64,000 nucleotides of DNA from Lama glama (lineage: Eukaryota), in NCBI GenBank assembly GCA_028534125.1, contig CM052816.1:54686001-54750000 (forward strand), in the 5' to 3' direction. Numbering within the stretch: position 1 is the first letter of the stretch; every line of letters starts with the position of its first letter. The position numbers were made by a program, and so were the translations under genes. This document shows positions 13,986 through 25,759 of the stretch, piece after piece. The notes below the pieces were generated by a model. The model was given only the letters and a program-made list of their open reading frames with translations, searched no databases and was not told the DNA's origin.

Positions 13986-14854
13986 CTGTACGAGAAAGGC
14001 AAGGCAGATAAGGGTCATTACAGAAATCAGAGTTTCAGCAGGAATGCTGGTTTGTGCAAATAAAAGTATGTTATTTTCTTCTTCTTTTTTTTTTCTTTAC
14101 AACCAGTATTTTTTTTTAATTGGAGGGCTGTCAAATATATCTGGAATATAACATTGATTTCTATGCATCTCGAAAAAACTGACAGTATTTCCACTTCTTT
14201 TTACAAGCTGTCCACACTCATGAGTTCTTAACTGTTCTTCTAAAGGCCATCTATGTTTCTCTGACCGCAAGACAGGATCTATTCCTGAGCCCAAAGTCCA
14301 ACCAGTGAGATTCCCAGGGGAACAAGAGACAATCCCTCTCCAGCCACAAGGACAGCCTCCGTGGGCAGGGATGCGCCGCTCCTGTGTGGGCTCCATGGAA
14401 ACCTCCCCACGACGGCCAGCTGGCAGGCCAGCCTTCAGCCTCCAGGTCACTAACAGTGGGTACACTATCTGTGTTCAGACAAAGTTGTATTCTGACTTTC
14501 AAGCAAGTACCAGGTAAGCTTTAACAACTTCTACTCTCATCCCTGTATCATGAATGCAACTTTACAGACCACAAAAGCGTGGCATAGCCCCCTCCTGCCC
14601 CAGCCAAGTGCTCGTGGACCAGCAGAGGAAAACGGAGGGACAATCTGAGGACACGGCAGGACCTTAGTTTAATCTAGGGGAACAGTAGCCCTTCACCACG
14701 GCCTCACAGTATCCAGGGAGGAGGTTAAACCTGCTCACGAGTATATCTGATAATTTGTACACTGAGTTATCATTTTTTCCTCTTCCACCTTTGTACACAT
14801 ATTCAGCAAGATGATTCATTACTATGAAGGCTTCCCTATTAAGAATTAACAGTG

Positions 14855-14944
14855 AGGGGGAGGGTAATAGCTCAGTGGTAGAGCATGTACTTAGCATTCA
14901 TGAGGTCCTGGGTTCACTCCCCTGTATCGCCATTAAAAAAAAAA
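14855..14944 (+). mobile_element. Camelid-type tRNA-derived SINE (short form)
   Basis: A and B boxes (tagctcagtggt, ggttcactcc), A-tail, TSD aattaacagtg at 14844-14854 and 14945-14955. Confidence 0.92.
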
Positions 14945-15007
14945 AATTAACAGTGGTTACTGTGGGTAGAGGATGACAGGGTGTGCAGATCAATACTTCA
15001 CTTTTCA

Positions 15008-15462
15008 TGTAGTGGAATGGGTAGCCCCCCAAATCCAACCCCCTAGAATCTGTGATCATTGACCTTATTTAGAAAAAAGGTTTTTCTAGATGTTATAAGG
15101 ATCTTGAGATGAAGTGATCACCTGGATTATCCAGGGGGCCCTAAATCCAGTGACAAGTGTCTTTATAAGAGAAAGGTAGAGGGAGATTTAAGAGAGAAGG
15201 AAAAGACAGAAAGGAGAAAGCAATGTGAAAACGGAGGCAGAAAGTGGAGTAACACCAAGGAAAAAGCCAAGGACTGCCAAGAAATGCCAACAGCCACCAG
15301 AAGCTGGAGGAGGCAAGGGACGGATTCTCCCCCAGAGCCTTCAGATGTGCCCGCACCTTGATTTCAGACATCTGACCTCCAGAACCGTGAGAGAATAAAC
15401 TCCTACTGTCTGAAAACAGCAGCTTGTGGCCACTTGTTCTGGCAGCCCCACGAGTTAAAACA
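15008..15462 (+). mobile_element. MaLR solo LTR (MLT1C-like)
   Basis: TG...CA ends; gccctaaatccagtgacaagtgtctttataagag; cagccaccagaagctggaggaggcaagg; gagagaataaac. Confidence 0.8.
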
Positions 15463-16219
15463 CTTAGGACAGACCTATCTCGTCCCAGTTTCTTTTATAA
15501 TTGTTTTACAAGAGCATACATTATTTTAAATTTAAAAAATAAAATAACATTCCCACATATGACCGTGTTCGTCAAAACTTGGCTATAACGCACGGTAAGA
15601 AATATATTCTGTATGGTAACCCAGTTTCAGTACATATAACCATAACGGGAAAAGTTTCACAAAATTGTAATTACCCTTATTATGCAGAGTACACGTTAAT
15701 ACTTTCCATTGTCTTCCACTTCATTCTACAAAAAGCCAGTCAACACCTTCTACATTGACTTCATGACCCACTTAACATGTTTTTCAAAGCCACTTAGCAG
15801 AGTGACCTATTTTGATCACCCCAAGGGAACAGTAACAACATATCTATAGACATGAAATATCTGTGGAACTCGCTCTGGAAACCAAAATAGCAAAGGCCCC
15901 TGCATGAGAGTATAGGATTCTTTAATTCTAGGGCTGTCATAATTCCTTTAGCGTCCCCACAGCCCCTGGCCTCGCCCTGGACCCACACCAGGTGTTCAGC
16001 ACAACTGGGGTGGACGGAAAAGCTCAGTGAGCCACACTACAGAGGGACGTGAGGGAGAATCACTATGCCCCGCGCTCCTGATCCTTTCTTTAGAGCTCCA
16101 GCCTGGCCCAGTTAGTGCCCAAACCACACACAGACAGCAGCAGGGGACTGCAGGAGGACCGCTCTACAAAATAAAACCACCTTAATACACAAGCACCAAC
16201 GCTCAATAAGGGCTCATCT

Positions 16220-16450
16220 CGTGTGTCCTGCATTGCTTTCAACACTGCATGTATTAACTTACTTTGCCTTCACAGCAACCTGATGAGCAGGCACTATTAT
16301 TAAGAGCCTCATTTTCTAGATGCACAAAACGAAGCACAAAAAAGTTGAGTAACTTTCCCAATGTTGAAGAGTTGCTACGTAGGAGAGTCAGGATTCACGC
16401 CCAGGCAGCCCATTTCCAGAATCCCCAGTTCTAACCTCTGTATCCCACTG
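16220..16450 (-). mobile_element. MIR SINE
   Basis: cctcattttctagatgcacaaaacgaagcaca...ggattcacgcccaggcag. Confidence 0.65.
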
Positions 16451-16548
16451 CCCATCTCTGCGGCCCTGACCTGAGGTTACACGCTAGAGTCCACTGAGAC
16501 TGACCTAACCTGTGTGGTGGATTCCACACATTTGTTCTCAAATGGAAA

Positions 16549-16640
16549 TTTTTTTTTAATTGAAGTACAGTCAGTCACAATGTGTCAATTTCCAGTGCAC
16601 AGCACAATGTCCCAGCCATACATAGACATACTTATGTTCG
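16549..16640 (-). mobile_element. Very short L1 3' terminal fragment
   Basis: Poly-T then attgaagtacagtcagtcacaatgtgtc, the reverse complement of the L1 end at about 10440-10530. Confidence 0.85.
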
Positions 16641-17092
16641 TCAAACAGAAAATGTTAAATGTCCAATTTTACCATTTAAAAACTCCCCTCTTGGAATCAG
16701 CCCCGCCTCCAATAACTTATACATTTATTTGTATTAATAGTAACACATTCTGGAAAGCTTTCAGAGGTGTGAGAGAATCCTATAAATTCTCCATTGGTCC
16801 GAAAAGCGTTCACCAGCTCTCCAGAGAGACTGGACACTGGACCCGTGTTCTGGGGACTCATCCATTCAAAGAGCTAGGACATCTGCCCCAGAAATAGCCT
16901 ACCAGAGATTAAGGCAATGAATTAGGCTGCATTTCGGCAGAATGGAGGCACCAAGATTTTCTAATTTCTAATTAAAGCTTTTTCCCTTAGTACCAAAAAA
17001 AAAAAAAAGTTACATAACTTGCTCTATGAAAGAGAAGAAAATCTAAGCATTCATTGTCCATAGTGACTCACATCACAAAAATGATAACCAGA

Positions 17093-17185
17093 GGGGTGGG
17101 TATAGCTCAGTGGTAGAGGGCATGCTCAGCATACACGAGGTCCTGGGTTAGATGCCCAATACCTCCATTAAAAAAAAAATATATA
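17093..17185 (+). mobile_element. Camelid-type tRNA-derived SINE (short form)
   Basis: A box, degenerate B box, A-tail, TSD gataaccaga at 17083-17092 and 17186-17195. Confidence 0.92.
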
Positions 17186-17199
17186 GATAACCAGACATT

Positions 17200-18075
17200 A
17201 TTTGCCTCCTAGGACAAGAAGCACCTGCGAAGTTACCTTGCAAAAAACAAACTCGAATCTCAACAAGCTTCTCAATCCAACTGTCAAATTGATTGAAATA
17301 AAGGGGACAATAGGACATGTTAAATAACACAAGAATGTAGTCAGCAAAATCCAGGCTGTAGAAATTGCTGCAAGACAAGGACCTCATTTCTTCAAGATAT
17401 AAATTACAAGGCAAAGAATAAAATAATAAAGAGCTGTGGAAGTGGGACTCGCAGATTAAAAGATTCAAAAGATGATATCATTATTTTTAAATTCTTTTGA
17501 TGTTGATAGTCTTGTAAAGCTCATGTTTTTCCCTTTCTAGGGCTAGATGAGATTTACTTGTCTGTTGTATGAAAAACTGATGATCAGGAAAAGCTCTTCA
17601 TTTTGTGGACATGGAAAAAAACAAATACTAAGATGGATTATATTTTTAATTCTATAAAGAGATTTCTGAACCAATATCAAATCTAGATTAATGTATCCAT
17701 AAGATTCAAGCCATTTCTATTTAATCATTTCACTACCCTAGTGTCATAACCTGTTAACCAGTGTATTATTTCCTAGCTCTGAAACTAGTTTTTTGATTAT
17801 CCAGCCTTGAAATTAAATAATTTTGAATAATAATAAAAAAGACAGTATCAAACTTAATATGTGGACCCTATTTGGACGCTGATTCAAGTAAACTATTAGA
17901 ATACAATTGATGACATTTATGAGACAATTAGAAATTTGAACACTATTTGATTGTTTTACACAATTTTTGTCAGTGGTTATTATGTGGTTGTGTTTGAAAA
18001 AGAAATGACCAACTTTTATGAATACATCCTGAAATATTTTAAGATGAAATTATATCTGAATTTATTTCAAGATTG
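17200..18075 (+). mobile_element. Old L1MC-type 3' UTR fragment, interrupted by a ~350 bp insertion
   Basis: Similar to 1940-2425 on both sides of 17481-17836. Confidence 0.55.
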
Positions 18076-18079
18076 GACC

Positions 18080-18722
18080 CCTCCGACACTGTTGGGGGGA
18101 TGTAAAGTGGTACAGTCACTGTGGGGCACAATCTGGAAGTTCCTTAGATGGCTCACCATAGAGTGGCCATATGACTCAGCAATTCCTACTCCTAAGTACA
18201 TACTCAGAAGAAAGGGAAACATGTGCCCACAGTACCTGTACAGGAATGTTCATAGCAGCATTATCCATAACAGCCCCAAAGTAGAAATAACTCAAATGTC
18301 TACCAACTGATGCATGGATAAATAAAATGTGGTTTAGGCATACAATTGAACATTATTTAGCAATAAAAGGAAATGAAGTACTGACACATGCAGCAACATG
18401 GATGAACCTTGAAAAGATTATGCTTTTGAAAGAAGCCAGTCACAAAGGAATATGTACTGTATGATTCCATTTATAACAAATGTCCTGAATAGGCAGATCC
18501 ATAGACAAAAAGTAGATGAGTGGTTGCCAGGAGCTGGGGAATGGGGCAATTGGGAGGTGACGGCTAAGGGGTGGGGTGTTCTTATGGGGTAATAAAAATA
18601 TTCTAAAGTTGATTTTGGTGCTGAATAGATAACTGTGAATATTATAAAAATGATTGACTGGTAGACTTTAAATAGGTGAATTGTGTGGTATGCAAATTAT
18701 ATGTAAATAAAGCAGTTAAAAA
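18080..18722 (+). mobile_element. L1MB-type 3' end
   Basis: ccatatgactcagcaattcc, aatgttcatagcagcatt, caacatggatgaaccttgaaaa; terminal aataaagcagttaaaaa. Confidence 0.85.
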
Positions 18723-21700
18723 TGAACACAGGACAAAGAGCAGGAAGTAGGCTAGGGCACAACTATTAAAGCTGAGTGGGGGGTTTGAGGGAGTCCTTAT
18801 AATAGTCTGCTCTCTTAGGTCTAAAGTTTTCCATAAAAACAAACACATACCAGCTCAGGAAGGTTCATGTAGACAGGCATCCAAATCTGTTTTAGGTAAC
18901 AATACTATACTAAAGAGAGGAGAAGAGCCAGACATACTAAAAAAAGAAAGATGGGCAAGGATTCAAAGAGAGAAAGAAAAACTTCCTGAAAATATTCCAA
19001 CACCCAACCTTGAATGGGCTCAATCTAAAATACCATTCATAGCAGCTGTGTTCACTGTACCAGTCCCAGAGCGCACAACCAGCCCGCTGCTTGTTATAAC
19101 ACTGGTAAATGTCGAGATGCTGCCCAAATGTTCCTGAAGCCCTTTCTGCTCAGTACATAGACTTTTACCTCATCCAGTGTGCTGCACCACTCACCAAAAC
19201 TCACAGAACTTGTCTGGAACTGATGCTACCCCAGTTCCCAACCCAATAAGCCAGATAAAATCATGTCTAGTTTAGAGTGAAGAAATTAAATGTACATATG
19301 AAATTTAAGCACATATAAAGTATCTGGCTACAAAAGCACCCCCATTTGGGGGCTATAATCAGCAATACTTGCCCAAGTATGCAAGAATACAAACCCACAG
19401 ATGCTCAAGGCAGCAGCCTCCACCCCAATTACAAACAGGAAATGAGCAATGTTCCTCAGCCCCCATTCCTAACTTAGCATATCCCCAGCACAGTCTCTAG
19501 CATTAGTAGTAGACACTACATTATCCAATAAATATTGAAATGGAAAGACAGCCACAATATACTGCCACTTGAAAAAAGCAACTGGCAGAATAATATGCTT
19601 CCATCACTAATAATAAAATTATAATTTGTTTGCAAATCTGAGGTCTAGAAAAATACCCACTAAACTATAAACACCTCTGGAAAGGGGAGAACTTACTTTT
19701 TTTGCCATACGTCTCTATATTGTTCTGATTGCATTTTCAAAGAACTGTAAATTGGTACAATCTATTTGGAGAGCATTTTGGCAAAACATCAAAATTTTAA
19801 GTGTGCTTGCCCTATGGTCCATCATTTTATTGCTAGGAATAAATATTGCTAGCACAAAAATACTGTATTACGAGAATATTTACTAGAATATTATTTATCA
19901 TCCTAAAACAAAAATGCTAGTCTCAATGTCCACCAAAAAACAAAAAAGGCTTGTTTGATAACTTATGGCATTTATACAACGAGTAATATTTTCCCTATGA
20001 AAGTATGGACCGATTTTTCCATACTGACCATGAATAGATCTACCAGGTTAAAAAAAAATTGCAGGACAGAATTTATAGTATTAGCCTTTTATTGTTATGA
20101 AATATATGTATTTGTGCACAGAGACGTCTGTTGAGAGAGAAGAGAACAGGGGCTGTTAAGTTTTTTTAACCCTTCTGATTTGTACAATTTTCGGGTTAAA
20201 AAAATGGAAGTAAAATTTTAAACTTTAAAAACACTACTTGTTCTTTGTTATATTAAGCATCGTTCTGGGGCCCACCCTCCCTACCAAACCAAGTCCAGAG
20301 CAGCTACTGTATCTGAGTTAACTCTCCTCTTGTGCCCTTTATCCCCTCACCCCAGATTTCTTCTGCTCTTGACCTTTGGGAGCACAGATTGAAAAATAAA
20401 AAGCTCCAATTGCCGGCATCCCTCCCTAGGTACACTTTAGGCCATTTTCATGTGTTCTCTGAGGAGGAACTGTTTCCCTATCAACACCTGCCCACCTAAT
20501 AAAACCCTATGAAAGTCAAACACAGACTCCACTAAAGAATCACCCATCAAGGTTAATTAGTAACTACGGGGCCAGCAAGGGCACCAAACACAAATTTAAA
20601 GTCCCATCTTCAGGTTCATTACAGTGTTCTCTCTTATTACAAAACACTGGAAATATCCCACGTGTCCATCAGCAGAGGGCCAATTAAACATTACATCATC
20701 TGCTAACATTTTAGAGGCATTAAAAATGTTTTATATTTACGGACATGCTACTGATGTTTATATAAACACATACTTGTACAAAACATTTCTGTATTTGTGA
20801 ATACATCTTTATGCATTCTGCCTGAAAGCATGGGAAAGACTAGAAACCAAAATCTTAGCAGTCCTTTGGATACTGAGGGCGTTTTAATTAACATCACCCC
20901 CTTTTTTCGGGTTCATTTTTCCCCTCCAGTGATCACATGTGACTTGTATAACTAAAAACCAATTACAAAGAGAACATGAGTTTCTGTCTCCAGGAGGAAA
21001 ACGGGAATGACGAGATTATCAGGACTTACCAGGTCTGTGACAAAAGTGGGAAGAAAGAAATGCCTGAGAGAAGCCAACTTAAATGCCCAACTGCCATCAC
21101 CAGGTCACTCTGGGCAACTTACTTCGCTTCGTTCTTCACTATTTATTGAGGTCCTTTAGGGAATGAGACTATGCTGGACCGTGGCAACGGAGGTACCACT
21201 AGGGTCCCTGGCCTCCTGGAGTATATGATCCAGAGGGGCAAAGATTAAACATATTTACACAAATAACTATCAATGACTGTTATGACAGGAAAGAAAGCAG
21301 GGGCCTGGCGGACTGTTTTCCTTGCTGCTCCCCCCAGTTCTGTGGCCCCCATCTGTAAAATGAGAAGGATGTGCTCTAGGCTGAGTTCCCTTCCATAAGG
21401 CAGTCTTATGTGGGTGAGACCTTTGGGAAGAAAAATCAAACCAACTATCTGTCCTGCAGCCAACTGAGGAGCACACAAGAGGGTCAAAATCAAGGAGGTG
21501 AACAGACAGCACTCAGGGGCAGAAGCACTGGTGATGCCTTACTTCTTGTTCAAAATCAATTTAGTTTCAAGCTAGGAGGAAAGCTCCATCCGCCTCAAGT
21601 CTCTGTTACTTAGCTGACCCTTTAGGAAAGTTACCCTGCCAAAGAATAAAAGTATGTGGAGGAGAAAAACAAACAACAACAACGAAAAAAACAAAGTGCA

Positions 21701-22249
21701 ACATTAAATAGTTCTGGTTAACAAGTAACTTCATTTTGTTGTTAAATTAGGTCCACATTATACTCCGGGAATCCCCCCAGCCCCTCACTTTGTAAACAAG
21801 AACAAGCCAAACACTCAGGCAAGCTTCCTGTAGGAACCATATGAATCATCAACATCCACATATTTTTTTTAAAAATGTTTGCGCATACTAAGCTTTGTTC
21901 CTAAATCTTAAGTTTATGACTTTAAAAGACAAAGATAAACGGACATGTGTTCATCACAGTTTCAGTACTTCGTGGAAATAAATAAATGCCTTTATTCTGA
22001 TGCTGACAATAAAAAGTGTACCAGTGGTGCAGTTTTCAAGCATCCACTATAATACCCTTTTTCTGTAACTCCGGAAGGAAAAGAATCACATTCTACAATC
22101 TAATTCAAATCCACAATGATCTGCTTTTTTACAATGTATTTATGAAGAGGATAAAAGTGAGAAACTGCCTTTTACAACAGGTCTGCAAATTTCGCAGGGA
22201 AGTTCAAAACTCCCTTTTAAGGCAACCCTGGCTACCACAAACAGTGGGG

Positions 22250-23530
22250 CGTCCGTTAGCATCACAGTTGGGCGATACCAGGCCAGACAGCGCCCACGCC
22301 CTCAGAAGCCTGCTCAGCCCGGGAAATTCCACCCCCAGCCGGACAAGTTAGAGCACACCGGCGCAGAACACCTAGGGCAGCACACCCGGCGCATCCGGCC
22401 GTGGCGCACAAGGTGGCACCGAAGTATCGGGAAACCCAGGGCCGTAAAGTCACTTGGTCGAATGTAAGGCAGGGTCCAAGAGGTTTCATTCGTTAATCTC
22501 CTCAATTGGCCTAAGACTCAGGATGAGCACTAGTCATCTCGAGAAACCAGCAGAGTCCAGCTCTGACTTCCATGCTCGAGCCATCCACTGTGCCAGAGGA
22601 GCTGTGGGCCGACCCCAAAGAGCTGGCTCCGAAAAGCGAGGGAGAAAGTTCCCTGGCCCCGAGCTCCCACCTACTCCACGTCTCTGAGCCGTCAACTCGC
22701 TTCCTCCGCGGGTCCCGCAGCACCAGCCCGGAGTCTCAAGAGTACGCGAAATGCACCTTAATGACTTTTGTGTTTGCAAAGAAAACCCTGGGGGCGGAGA
22801 GGCTAAGCCCTCTGGGTAGTCTGTAGATACGAGCACTCCTTCCCCTTCCTTTCCCCTCCGCAGACTACAGCCTTTCCCGGTTGTCCCAGCTGGCTGCTCC
22901 CCTGGCGCAGGGATTCCCCTGTCAAATCAGCCGAGAGGAAGCTGTGGGATACGGGGAAGTGGTGGGGGGCGCTGCAGAGCACCTTTCGCGCACCTGCCCT
23001 GCTTCCACCGCCTGCCCACCACCCGCTCCTTAGCGGCACCAGCCCTCCTTGACCAAGCGTCTCACCTAGGACAGTGCGATTGCAGGAGGCAGAGGCCGCC
23101 AGCAGGATGGCGCCCCCCAGCAGCCACGCCGCGCTCAAGCTTCGCATCCTTCCAGCAGCCCCGACGCCGGGAGGACGGAGAGTTGGCCGCCACCGATTCG
23201 AAACTCAGAGTCCCACTCGCCGATCGGAGAGAAAGCCACCCTCTCACCTGCCCCTAATTGGAGCCTCTGCGCGCGCCTTCCAGGAGCTGGATAAGTTTCA
23301 GTGAAACCCAAGCCGCTCGGCGCACCTGTGCGAGGCCACGCCCCGGGGCCGGAACGTGCAGCTCCGCCGCGCCGTTCGAACGCCCGGCGCCGGGGCCCCG
23401 CCCCCGCCCACCTGGCCGTGCGCTACGGCCCCGCCTCCGCGGCCTGAGGTGCGCCAGGGTGAAGTAGCTGTGCTGGAATGCAAAGGGCTGGAACGCTCCG
23501 TTCGCGGGATCACCCAAGCCTGGGCAACGC
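22250..23530. promoter_or_regulatory. CpG island / F2RL1 promoter, 5' UTR and start of intron 1
   Basis: High GC and CpG density against a CpG-poor background. Tandem GC boxes CCCCGCCCCCGCCC at about 23396-23408. No TATA box. The TSS is inferred near 23300, and the inferred 5' UTR has no ATG. Confidence 0.9.
23066..23147 (-). CDS. F2RL1: PAR2 coding exon 1 (signal peptide; 82 nt, phase 1)
   Basis: ATG at 23147-23145 in AGGATGC context. Translates MRSLSAAWLLGGAILLAASASCNRTVL plus 1 nt, resembling the PAR2 signal peptide. Followed by donor CTAG|GTGAGA. Lies in a CpG island. Confidence 0.97.
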
Positions 23531-23899
23531 CTAAAACTACATTTAACCTTTAATTACTCCCAGGGAGCCAGCATTTCCACCCCGCTTCCTCCCCTTTCCT
23601 AAATGGCAAAAAGCCAAGACCCGAGCTCACTGAAAATATCGTTCCGTTGGTAACTGGGGGAGTCTTCCCAGTGTCCTGGGCACTGTGGGATGAGTGGGGA
23701 GTTTCTAATCTGATTGGCAAGGGGACGGCTGCGGACACCCACGAACGTGATGGGGAGCCGGAAGGGGGTCAGGGATCTGGGATTAGGTTTCTGCTTTGCT
23801 GTTAACTAGCTGTGACCCTAATAAACCTCTCACCCCCTTCTAGGCCCATTTTCCAGTCTGCACAGGGGAGCAGGGGCGAGGAAACAGCTGTAACAGCTA

Positions 23900-24110
23900 C
23901 TTTAAGTGCCTTGTGTAAAATGATTTCTGGTTTAATCCCGGAAAAACCCAAGCAATAAGTAGGATTATTATTCCCATTTGACAGACAAGGAAATAGAGTT
24001 TAGAAAGGTTGGATAAATTGCCCACAGTCACTAGACACAGTTTGTAAATGTCCATCACGTGTAAAACTGAGTCTGTGACTCTCACTTCCATCTGTTAATC
24101 ACTGAACTAT
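23900..24110 (-). mobile_element. MIR SINE
   Basis: attattcccatttgacagacaaggaaatagagtttagaaaggtt core. Confidence 0.65.
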
Positions 24111-24299
24111 AAATGCTTCCACCGGTCCTTTCCACACTGGCATCCCATAGTCCAAAATATAAGCAGTGTGTATGTATGTGGAAATATATAAGAGGGGGTG
24201 GGGAGAGGAGTGTAAGATTGCTGATGAGTGTAAAGGGCCTTCATCATACTTTTTACTTGCTTTACTGTTATCTATTTAAACTCTTAGGTAGTGGAGGAG

Positions 24300-24645
24300 C
24301 AGAAAAAAGAAACCTGAGTGCTTTCTTGAGATATTTAAAGGATTAGCGTGTAGAAGAGGATTAGACATGTTTTGAGTAGTTCCAGAGAGCAGAAATGGGT
24401 AGAAGTTGCAATGGGGGGACGGATCTGGGCTCAATGTAGGAAGAGATTTCTAACAAGTCCCATGGTTCCAGTGCCAGTGGCTTCCTGGTGAGGTTAAGAG
24501 CCTGGTCACTACAGAGCTTGATGCAAAGGGCCAGGCATCTGCCTGGCAGGTTAGAGAGGAAGTTCCCTCCCAGGATCAGGGGCCACGTTGGGTGAGCCCA
24601 GGTAGTCTCTTGAGGGCCTGAGCCCTGAGAGTCCATGATTCTTCC
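24300..24645 (+). mobile_element. CR1/L3 LINE 3' end
   Basis: ccagagagcagaaatgggtagaagttgc...ggctcaatgtaggaagagatttctaac...catgattct is typical of the L3 3' end. Confidence 0.65.
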
Positions 24646-25759
24646 TAGAAGACCAAAGTTTGGTGAGTCAATTGCCAGTCACCATCATTAATTGTTGAAC
24701 CACCATAAACTGAACGGCCATCTTCTTGGGCCTGTGAGTTTCTAGGATGGTGCTTACAGCTGGTTAAGCCCCATGTCCTGTAGGTTACCTCTCAGGGCCA
24801 CATATCTTAGCCTATGCCCTCTTTTCCTCCCAGGAAAAGGTGACTCTGGAAGCAGCATCAGGGACTTCCCCATCCTGTCCAGGAGACAGTTCTGATAGGG
24901 GTCAGGTCACGCCTGAGGGTCTTTCTCTAAGGAAGAGATTCAATCCTATGATTTGAATCTCTGTGATATCCCGTCAGTCTTTCCGAGCCTCCATTTCATG
25001 ATCTGCAATGTATTACTCTTACATCTATAATCTGCTGGTTGTGAAGATTCATTTTGCTCAGTGTCCATAAAGTGCTTCTTAACACAGCTCTTGGTCTCTA
25101 GGAAATACTCTAGAAACAGTAGCTACCAGAAAATGACCACCTCAAGGGAGAATCTTCCTCTTTTCAGAGAACAATGCATCCGGGTCCAGCTATTTTCAAC
25201 TTGAATTTTCATTAGTATTTTATGGAACTACGCTTTGAATCCTCAAAATTCCCAAGAAGATATTTTATTGAACAATGCTATGAGTTAATTATCTCAAGAA
25301 TGTGGTTTCTTCCAGCAGCCTGACTACATTCATTTGAGTCAGTCTGCAGATGTTTTCTCAGGACTTGGGGGTGAGAGGATTTGTTTTTTAAATTTCAGTG
25401 ACTCCTTTGCCCTGAAGGGCTTGGGCAGCTTTATGACTTTGTGGAAGAGTACAGAGAAATAACCACAGGCACTGCCAGGCCGCCTGGCTTTCAGGGATTG
25501 GGAACTTTGTGCAGTTTCCCACCCACTACAACTCTAAGGAAAACAAGGTAGGAACTAGGGGAGGCCAAACATGGAGGGAAACGCCATTTCATTCAATCAT
25601 TTTTATAGTTCTACATTTATCAAAACTCTGAAGAAGCAAAGACATAATCCCTGTACTCTTGGGTCCCCGTCAAACATAGATGGAGGAAAGGTTACATTCA
25701 TTCACTCACTCGCTCATAGAGCGAACACTCTGGACAAGGTTAGGAGTGAACTTTGCACA

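Larger units (their letters stand above)
13986..23065 (-). other. F2RL1: F2RL1 intron 1 (9080 nt, GT-AG)
   Basis: GT at 23065-23064 and AG at 13987-13986, preceded by a pyrimidine tract. Two-exon structure typical of PAR genes. Confidence 0.95.

Noticed and set aside
14855..14944. tRNA-like sequences with A and B boxes (also at 8.4, 17.1, 48.1, 53.8, 58.2 and 63.4 kb)
   Set aside because: They have A-tails, several have TSDs, and the copies are mutually diverged, so they are SINEs and not tRNA genes.
22803..23065. Continuation of the exon 1 ORF to 114 aa
   Set aside because: Read-through past the GTGAGA donor into GC-rich intron; PAR2 similarity stops at the donor.
23257..23261. CCAAT box on the minus strand near the promoter
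   Set aside because: Probably inside the 5' UTR, downstream of the inferred TSS, so not in a typical NF-Y position.
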